Source of the DNA: a virus
Length of the DNA: 64,000 bases
Virus record (IMG/VR): IMGVR_UViG_3300014613_000020
Location: 1 to 64,000 of that record
Strand: one strand, 5' to 3'
Part shown: one piece after another, positions 57,136-64,000 of the stretch
Numbering within the stretch: the first letter of the stretch is position 1
How the letters are laid out: every line of letters starts with the position of its first letter
Program-made: the position numbers and the translations under genes
Notes under the pieces: generated by a model
The model's input: only the letters and a program-made list of their open reading frames with translations
Told to the model about the DNA's origin: nothing
Databases searched by the model: none

Positions 57136-58215
57136 ATGATAACGACACATAGGAATGTACAGAAGGTGACGTTCGGTGAAAGAAGCAGATATAAGTTGCC
57201 ATTATTGACACAGACAAGAGGATGGACTTTAGTCTTAGTTGATGACTATTTTCGCACTAATCCTGTCTTACTAGGAGGTATTATCTGTGGTAATAATATG
57301 CTTCTTCACTACATCGATACATCTGTTGAACCATCTGTTGATAGGATTGATGAACTGATAGAGCTCTATTTAGATCGTCCAGAAGGCCACGATAGAATTT
57401 TGCCAGGATGTATTGTAGGTATAGGTGGGGGTTCAACTCTAGATACCGCTAAGGCTGTCAGCATTCTACTTACTAACCCAGGCAAGGCGGAAGATTATCA
57501 AGGATGGGATTTGGTAAAGAATCCGTCTATTTACAAGATCGGCATTCCCACGCTATCAGGCACAGGCAGCGAATCCTCAAGAACCTGTGTTCTAACCAAC
57601 AAAGAGAAAAATCTAAAACTGGGAATAAACAGCGATTACAGCATGTTTGACGAGATTATACTGGACCCTGACTTGACTAGAACTGTGCCAAGAGACCAGT
57701 TTGTGTACACGATGATGGACACGTATTATCATTGTACTGAATATATGAGTGGTATGGAACGGAACATGATCACTGATTCTCTGGCATATGAGGCAAGTCT
57801 TCTTTTATTTGACGTTATTTGGGGTAAAAAAGATATACTCGAATTCCGTGTAAGGGAAAAAGTTATGGTCGCTTCTTATTTAGGAGGCACGGCGGCTGGT
57901 TGTACTGGGATTGTACATCCATTTTCGGCGGGACTGAGCATGGTATTGGGTATCAGACATGGACTAGCGAATTGTATTGCTGCCTGTTCTAACGATGATC
58001 TTTTTAGGGTATATAGGAGAGCAACACAGTTTTTTATGGGGAAGTTAGACGTAGAGTTGCCTGTAGGGGTATGTAATGGTCTCACAGACGAACAGCATAA
58101 TCAACTCTATGAAGCTACAGTAGTGCATGAGAAGCCGCTTGCCAATGCCCTTGGGCCTGATTGGAAGGACATTTTAACGGGAGAACGAGTGCGAAGCATA
58201 TTTGAGGGAATGTGA
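57136..58215 (+). CDS. iron-containing alcohol dehydrogenase family (KdnB-like)
   Basis: GIGGGSTLDTAKA, PTLSGTGSE, KLGINSD, HG.AN, HEKPLANALG. Confidence 0.8.
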   Translation: MITTHRNVQKVTFGERSRYKLPLLTQTRGWTLVLVDDYFRTNPVLLGGIICGNNMLLHYIDTSVEPSVDRIDELIELYLDRPEGHDRILPGCIVGIGGGSTLDTAKAVSILLTNPGKAEDYQGWDLVKNPSIYKIGIPTLSGTGSESSRTCVLTNKEKNLKLGINSDYSMFDEIILDPDLTRTVPRDQFVYTMMDTYYHCTEYMSGMERNMITDSLAYEASLLLFDVIWGKKDILEFRVREKVMVASYLGGTAAGCTGIVHPFSAGLSMVLGIRHGLANCIAACSNDDLFRVYRRATQFFMGKLDVELPVGVCNGLTDEQHNQLYEATVVHEKPLANALGPDWKDILTGERVRSIFEGM

Positions 58216-58217
58216 TT

Positions 58218-58388
58218 ATGTGTAGTAAGACATCATCTTCAACATATGAATTTAGGATTATTCTTTGGGGTGATAAGAATCATGTGGACTTTGAGCGCCA
58301 ATTGAATAAATGGGGAAAGTTGGGATTTCGTTTTGTTTGTAGAGATGGGTCTTATTACGTACTAGAACGTGACTGCTCTCCCCGCTAA
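58218..58388 (+). CDS. small DUF4177-like protein (not in ORF track)
   Basis: YEFRII...LNKWGKLGFRFV. Confidence 0.4.
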   Translation: MCSKTSSSTYEFRIILWGDKNHVDFERQLNKWGKLGFRFVCRDGSYYVLERDCSPR

Positions 58389-58448
58389 AGCAGGGAGCTT
58401 TCTGGCGCAATTTCTTGTAAAATGAGATATATCTTAAAAGGAGATTGA

Positions 58449-59645
58449 ATGAACTGGAAAATACCATTTAGCGGGCGCAGCCACAAATACACAAACTCAG
58501 AAATTGATACTGTTGTCGATACTATGCGGTTGGCAGACCCACTCACGCAAGGAAGATATAGGAATGAGTTTGAGAGGAAGTTCTCAAACTACCTAGAGAC
58601 AGGCAGTAGAAGCTATGCTGTATGCAATGCTACTGCGGCTTTGGAATTGGCTGCTCAGTTGTGTCAGTTTGACGATGGTGATGAGGTTATCATTCCTGCT
58701 CACACATTCACGTCAACGGCATACCCGTTTGTCAAATATGGTGCTAAAATCGTATGGGCGGACATAGATTCTGATACGCACGTTGTCACTGCGGATACTA
58801 TACATAAATGCATTACTGATAGGACGAAGGCTGTAGTGGTGGTGCATCTGTATGGGTACATGGCTGACATGCGGAATATCATTGAAAGTGTGCGAGATAT
58901 TCCTTTTGTGATAGAGGACGCTGCTCAGGCATTGGGGACCAAGCAGGTGATGTCGTCCGGACGTAGAGAGATTACTACGAATTGGTATCAGACGGCTGGC
59001 ACTTTTGGTGATTTTGGGGCATTCTCATTGCACTCACACAAGAATATCACAACATTGGGTGAAGGTGGTATTCTTTTAGACAATAAGGGATATGATGAAG
59101 TCATACCGATGCTACGCCATAATGGGCATTGTGGCTATCCGGAACGAGAAGATTACTGGATTCCTGCTATGGGGAATGTAGACCTGCCAATGCTGCAAGG
59201 CAAATATCTCATGCCCCACAACTTCTGTCTGGGTGAGGTAGAGTGTGCCCTTGGCACTCAATTGCTAAAACGAATAGACATTATCAATTATCAAAAACGA
59301 ACAAGAGCTATAGAATTTATTGATGCCCTTGCTGACTATCCGCAACTAAAATTCCACAGAGAACCGACAGAGAGACACAATTATCATCTGTTGGTCGCTG
59401 AGATGGTAGATGGGGACAGAGACGAGTTCATGCGTAAAATGGCATATGAGCATGGTATACAGTGTGTAGTACAGTATATGCCGCTATATAGATATCCACT
59501 TTATCAAAAATTGGGATTGGGGGATGCTGACTGCCCGGTGACAGACAAGTTCTATGACAATATGGTGTCGTTTCCATTCCAACACTCGCTGAATGATGGT
59601 GAGATAGACTACATGCTTGGATGTGTGAAGGAGAGCCTAGAATGA
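58449..59645 (+). CDS. DegT/DnrJ/EryC1/StrS PLP sugar aminotransferase
   Basis: NATAALE, VHLYG, IEDAAQ, FSLHSHKNITTLGEGG. Confidence 0.92.
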   Translation: MNWKIPFSGRSHKYTNSEIDTVVDTMRLADPLTQGRYRNEFERKFSNYLETGSRSYAVCNATAALELAAQLCQFDDGDEVIIPAHTFTSTAYPFVKYGAKIVWADIDSDTHVVTADTIHKCITDRTKAVVVVHLYGYMADMRNIIESVRDIPFVIEDAAQALGTKQVMSSGRREITTNWYQTAGTFGDFGAFSLHSHKNITTLGEGGILLDNKGYDEVIPMLRHNGHCGYPEREDYWIPAMGNVDLPMLQGKYLMPHNFCLGEVECALGTQLLKRIDIINYQKRTRAIEFIDALADYPQLKFHREPTERHNYHLLVAEMVDGDRDEFMRKMAYEHGIQCVVQYMPLYRYPLYQKLGLGDADCPVTDKFYDNMVSFPFQHSLNDGEIDYMLGCVKESLE

Positions 59646-59989
59646 CAAAATGGGAGTATATATGGATGTGGTTTATTCATGGAATTGAAGCAGATTCTAT
59701 ACAAATTACAGAAATGCTAAATCGAAAAGGTCGGCAGGGATGGGAGGTTTTGTTCATTGGGATATATGAAGACAAGACAGGCTGCCTGATGAAACGTCCT
59801 ATGGAGGATTGTTGTAAACAAAAAGAAGATGATGCGCTTAAACCATGTCCTCATTGTGGAGGAGCTGCTACGATTGAGGAGACTGATGGGGGTGAAAGAA
59901 TTGTGATCAAATGTAAAATGTGTGGTTGCTGTACTGATTTTTGTTTTTCTTATGGTTGTGCAATGAGTTTGTGGAATAGGCGAATCTGA
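59642..59989 (+). CDS. DUF4177-like plus Lar-like zinc finger protein
   Basis: KWEY..LN..G.QGWE; LKPCPHCGG...C..CG...WNRR. Confidence 0.6.
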   Translation: MTKWEYIWMWFIHGIEADSIQITEMLNRKGRQGWEVLFIGIYEDKTGCLMKRPMEDCCKQKEDDALKPCPHCGGAATIEETDGGERIVIKCKMCGCCTDFCFSYGCAMSLWNRRI

Positions 59990-60019
59990 CATCCTTTTCC
60001 TATTAAAATAGGAAAGTTC

Positions 60020-61264
60020 CTACAAGGAACTAGAAAGGTTAGGGTCTAATCGTGATGCTCTACGATCATGTACCCCATCAGGCCAGAACCCAACGGTTCT
60101 AGTCTTATCGGAATTATCCGACAGGGCGTTGTCAGAAAGCCCTTGGTGATGAAGACGTGCCCCACCACCAGCGATGTTAGCCGAAGCTATGGAGTCACAA
60201 TTATCCTGGAATCCACACTTGACACATCGGAATTGAGATTGAGATGGACGATTGGAACGAGTTGCATGACCACATCTTGGACAGGTACGGGATGTTTGTC
60301 GAGGGTCAATAAACAAAACAGGGATATCATGCCGTTTGGCTTTGTACTCAACAAAATCTGTCAATTGTCTGAAGGCCCAACTGTTCAACATGCGGTTGAA
60401 TCGCTTACTGGCATATATTCTGTCTCTAATGCCGTCCAATCGCTCAAAAACTATGATAGGATTTTTGTATTGCAAGGCAATTTCGACGATATGTTTGCTG
60501 ATAACATGGTTCATATTGGACATCCATCGACTTTCTTTGCCATGCATGAACTTGATTTTATCCAACCTGTTTGCTTTTTGATACCGCCGTCTGATGTCTG
60601 CAAAATGCTCTCGTCTATGCCTAATTGCTTTACCATCGAAGATAATCACCCCATCGGGAGTAGATATGGTAGCGATACGCACTATGCCCAAGTCAACACC
60701 TATGAACGCAGGTTCACCGTCACAGACGGTAGGTATGTGGGAGATTCTTAGTGGAAGCACCACGAACCACTTTTTATTACGACGAAACATCTTAGCATCA
60801 CCATAGACATACTGCATTTTATCTTGGAATTTGGCAGGAACAGAAAGAGGAAGCCAGATATAATGACCACGTTTGCCAGTAGAAACGCGGAGAACAAAAT
60901 TATTGTCTCTTTTAATAATGGCATAGGCATTGACGCCAAGTCCGATGTTATTTGTCTTGTTCACGGTGGGGAACGATGTATGCTTCTGGTGCTTGGACTT
61001 TTGAAGGCCATAATAGCTACGAACCAGAGCTACAACCTGAGCAATTGCCACACGAGCATAATCAGAAGGCAACTTAGTTTCAGCACGTATTGCATAATAG
61101 CTGGCATGGTGAATACGATTGCGGTCACTGGTATGCATCTTTTGTGCCATATTAAGACCTATCTGCACAGCATCAGAGAATCCATGTGCCATTGTATTAA
61201 GGAAGTCAGCTTTGCAAACCGTTGGTTTCTTGATAGCAATGATAACAGTTTCTTGTCTCTGCAT
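60020..61264 (-). mobile_element. tnpB: solo TnpB/Cas12f-like RNA-guided nuclease (IS200/IS605 family, no tnpA)
   Basis: GVDLG, VFERL, TSRTCPRCG..CVKCG, D..AS.NI; own promoter at 61271-61299. Confidence 0.9.
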
Positions 61265-61324
61265 AACTTAATTATAGCACAAATGTGTAGTTTTGTCAAA
61301 TTCAAATTTAATGGGGGATGAAGT

Positions 61325-62314
61325 ATGAACATAGTCTTTCGAGTAATAGCCAACAACCAAGTAGGCACAGGGCATGTGCACAGAGCCCTAACATTAGCAA
61401 ACGTTTTTGCACAAAACAACAAGGTGTCGTTTGCTTGTCTTGAAGATGATATTCAGTTGGTTCAAGAGATTGTAGGATCACGATTCCATATCTTGACTGT
61501 ACCGCCACAAATTGATGTTGGGTATGCTAGAACCATAGGTGCTGATCTGTTAATCAATGACATGCTTGACACAGACGCAGAAACCTTAAAGAGAGTCAAA
61601 GGTTCTGGTATAAAAGTGGTCAACTTCGAGGATTTGGGCAGTGGCGCTATAGAGAGTGATTTGACTATCAACGCACTTTATCAATCTCCACAATTTGAAG
61701 GAGGAAACGTGTTGTGGGGGATTGACTACTATTTACTGAGAGATGAGTTTTTGGCTGTGCAACCAAGGCGATTCTCACAGGTAGTCGAGACTGTGCTGAT
61801 TACATTTGGCGGTACAGACCCGACAAACTTGACACAAAAGACGCTAGAAGTAGTGGGACCCTTGTGCAGGGATGCGGGACTTAATCTATATGTCGTGGTA
61901 GGGCCTGGGTATAGCCACCACGAACAGCTAGAAACGTGGATTCGCGGATTCAATTATGGTAAACTCATGCACTTCAGGCAGACCGGTTACATGGCGAGTT
62001 TAATGAGCAACGCCGACTTCGCGTTTACTTCTAATGGTCGGACGGTGTATGAGTTATTGCACATGAATGTACCATCTGTGGTGATAGCACATCACGAGCG
62101 GGAGAACACTCATGATTTTGCTCATGTGCAAACAGGGTTTATGAATTTGGGGGTTTATAAACATGGTTACACTGAGGAATGGATAGGCGCGGAGTTTGAT
62201 GCGTTATTATCAAGAACTGACCATCGCTATATGCTATTCAGGAACATGATGGATTACGATTTGACCCCTAACAGACAGAGAGTAGTACAGAAGATTATGG
62301 AGGCGACAGAGTGA
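61325..62314 (+). CDS. PseG/SpsG-like UDP-sugar hydrolase/glycosyltransferase
   Basis: GTGHVHR, LLRDEF, ITFGGTDP, GRTVYE. Confidence 0.85.
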   Translation: MNIVFRVIANNQVGTGHVHRALTLANVFAQNNKVSFACLEDDIQLVQEIVGSRFHILTVPPQIDVGYARTIGADLLINDMLDTDAETLKRVKGSGIKVVNFEDLGSGAIESDLTINALYQSPQFEGGNVLWGIDYYLLRDEFLAVQPRRFSQVVETVLITFGGTDPTNLTQKTLEVVGPLCRDAGLNLYVVVGPGYSHHEQLETWIRGFNYGKLMHFRQTGYMASLMSNADFAFTSNGRTVYELLHMNVPSVVIAHHERENTHDFAHVQTGFMNLGVYKHGYTEEWIGAEFDALLSRTDHRYMLFRNMMDYDLTPNRQRVVQKIMEATE

Positions 62315-62535
62315 GAAGGAGACTTGTAAAGTTACCATCTATGCTACTTGGCTTAATTACGCTTATTCCAATTACAGTGTTGTTTTATACATTTGTTTGG
62401 ATAGCAGATATTATAGAGGACATGATTACAATAAGCGTGGTGGTCTCTTCCTCTATCAAATTTATCTTTCTTAGTTCTATGCTCTTGTTTGTGATTTGGA
62501 TGGTTGGGGAGGCTGTAAAGGAGGATTTGGAATGA
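62311..62535 (+). CDS. small membrane protein
   Basis: two hydrophobic helices. Confidence 0.5.
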   Translation: MRRRLVKLPSMLLGLITLIPITVLFYTFVWIADIIEDMITISVVVSSSIKFIFLSSMLLFVIWMVGEAVKEDLE

Positions 62536-63245
62536 ACAAAGTTGTTGCAGTCATACAGGCACGAATGGGTAGCAAACGGCTACCTAACAAGATGATGTTA
62601 CACCTGAATGGCTATCCAATCGTAGAATGGGCTTGGAGACGAATCAGTAAGTGTAGAGAGGTTAATGAGGTAGTGGTAGCAATTCCCCTCTCCACAAATA
62701 ATCTACCATTGTACTCACATTTAATACATATAGGCGCTAATGTTATATATGGCTCTGAGGAGGATGTACTGGGCAGAGTATACAAAGCTGCATGGTCATA
62801 TGAAGCTGATTATGTAGTTCGTGTCTGTGCCGATAATCCATTTGTGTCATGGACTGTGGTGGATGATCTTGTCAGAGAATACAAGGAAAGTAATTTAGAC
62901 TATGCTTATAATCATATACCCATAGGAAATACTTATCCCAATGGATTGGGCGCAGAGATTGTTTGTATTGATCTATTGCGTGATCTCAATCATCCAGGAT
63001 TTGATACACTATCAAAGGAGCAGCATGAACACATATTCAACTATGTATGGGACAATTGGCAGAATTTCAGAATGGGAGTATTAGGAATATCAGGAATACT
63101 ATCAATGTGTAGGCGGATATACCCCTGGATGCGGTTGGATATAGACACAATGGGCGATTATCAAAAGGCCATAGAAAGCGGAGTGACAATTGACATGGAT
63201 GCATTGGAGGTGGTAAAAGCATATGCGAATATTAGACGTATTTAG
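62532..63245 (+). CDS. spsF: SpsF-like acylneuraminate cytidylyltransferase
   Basis: IQARMGSKRLPNK, GSEEDVLGR, RVCADNP, RLDIDT. Confidence 0.88.
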   Translation: MNKVVAVIQARMGSKRLPNKMMLHLNGYPIVEWAWRRISKCREVNEVVVAIPLSTNNLPLYSHLIHIGANVIYGSEEDVLGRVYKAAWSYEADYVVRVCADNPFVSWTVVDDLVREYKESNLDYAYNHIPIGNTYPNGLGAEIVCIDLLRDLNHPGFDTLSKEQHEHIFNYVWDNWQNFRMGVLGISGILSMCRRIYPWMRLDIDTMGDYQKAIESGVTIDMDALEVVKAYANIRRI

Positions 63246-64000
63246 AGGCTATGAGCCGGGAAAGCTGATCCTGCGGGATATTTGCGTTATCGCTGAGGCG
63301 GGAGTAAATCATGAAGGGGATTTGGATTTAGCCTATAGACTCGTGGATGAAGCAGCGGATGGTGGGGCTGATGCCATAAAATTCCAAGCATACACGGCTG
63401 GCAAACTGGCATCGGTAAACTCACCTGCATATTGGGACACGACAGAAGAAACGACATTAAGCCAATATGATCTATTCAGGAAATATGATAGTTTCGGTCC
63501 GAACGACTATGAGAACATTAAACTGCGATGTGACGCCAATGGGATTGACTTTCTTTGCACGGCATTTGACACGGAATCTATTGAGTTTATCAATGATCTG
63601 GTAGATGTTCATAAGATTGCGTCCGCTGACATAACGTGTAGGCCACTGATAGAACACGTATCAACTCTTGGGAAACCGGTTCTAATGTCGACAGGGGCGG
63701 CATCATTGTTGGAAATACAGATAGCTATTGATTGGCTAGGCTACTTTCCGGCATTGCTTCATTGTGTATTGAATTACCCCACGTCAAACGAGAATGCTAA
63801 TCTGGAGCGAATTCAATCACTCCATCGTGAATTCCCAATCTGTCCGATAGGCTATTCAGACCATACTGTTCCTGATGGAATGATGAACATTCTAGCCGCC
63901 GTCTTGTTGGGAGCTATAATAGTCGAGAAGCATTTTACTTTTGACAAGACGCTACCAGGCAATGACCATTATCATTCAATGGACAAGGACGATCTTATCC
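63223..64000 (+). CDS. neuB: N-acetylneuraminate synthase family (NeuB/PseI/SpsE), runs off window end
   Basis: read manually: IAEAGVNHEGD, ADAIKFQ, KIASAD, MSTGA, LLHCVLNYP, GYSDHT, EKHFT. Confidence 0.92.
   Translation, partial: MRILDVFRGYEPGKLILRDICVIAEAGVNHEGDLDLAYRLVDEAADGGADAIKFQAYTAGKLASVNSPAYWDTTEETTLSQYDLFRKYDSFGPNDYENIKLRCDANGIDFLCTAFDTESIEFINDLVDVHKIASADITCRPLIEHVSTLGKPVLMSTGAASLLEIQIAIDWLGYFPALLHCVLNYPTSNENANLERIQSLHREFPICPIGYSDHTVPDGMMNILAAVLLGAIIVEKHFTFDKTLPGNDHYHSMDKDDLI

Noticed and set aside
60068-61321. Plus-strand ORFs over tnpB, and minus-strand ORFs across the structural and replication genes
   Set aside because: Antisense shadows of clearly identified genes, with no recognisable motifs.
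1-64000. Genome-wide TGA or TAG reassignment
   Set aside because: Many well-defined genes end in TGA (ATGA overlaps) or TAG at the expected lengths; internal TGAs are few and local.

Overview
This 64 kb window is part of a large tailed-phage genome, almost all on the + strand and read with genetic code 11. The DnaN sequence and leaderless promoters suggest a Chloroflexota-like host (inference). Layout: 1-24.8 kb virion decoration, neck and tail genes with two embedded glycosyltransferases, three tail-tube paralogues (one fused to a DGR-type lectin domain), tape measure, fibre and holin. 24.8-34 kb is an accessory region rich in sigma70 promoters and structured RNAs. 34-50.5 kb is replication (UvrD, primase, DnaB, PolA, beta clamp, three methyltransferases, ThyX-like). 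50.5-56 kb holds lysin and terminases. 57-64 kb is a nonulosonic/octulosonic acid sugar pathway interrupted by a solo tnpB. The main find is at 26.4-27.9 kb: a small RAMP/Cas7-like gene and a partner gene flanked by four non-coding units. Each unit is made of strictly phased (DGY-NN) pentamers with a shared 3' tail, and the last three are followed by a hairpin or tRNA-like fold. This looks like a non-CRISPR RNA-guided system whose variable dinucleotides could form a gapped guide. Other highlights: an 81-nt tmRNA reduced to its tRNA-like domain, a UxxC selenoprotein glutaredoxin missed by the ORF track, a possible 13-nt ribosomal hop in a glycosyltransferase, 18 copies of a 12-bp operator, a recurring small-small-[S/C] motif in virion proteins, and a mobile endonuclease that supplies a replacement N-terminus to the methylase it invaded. 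All homology calls come from motif recognition; no searches were run.
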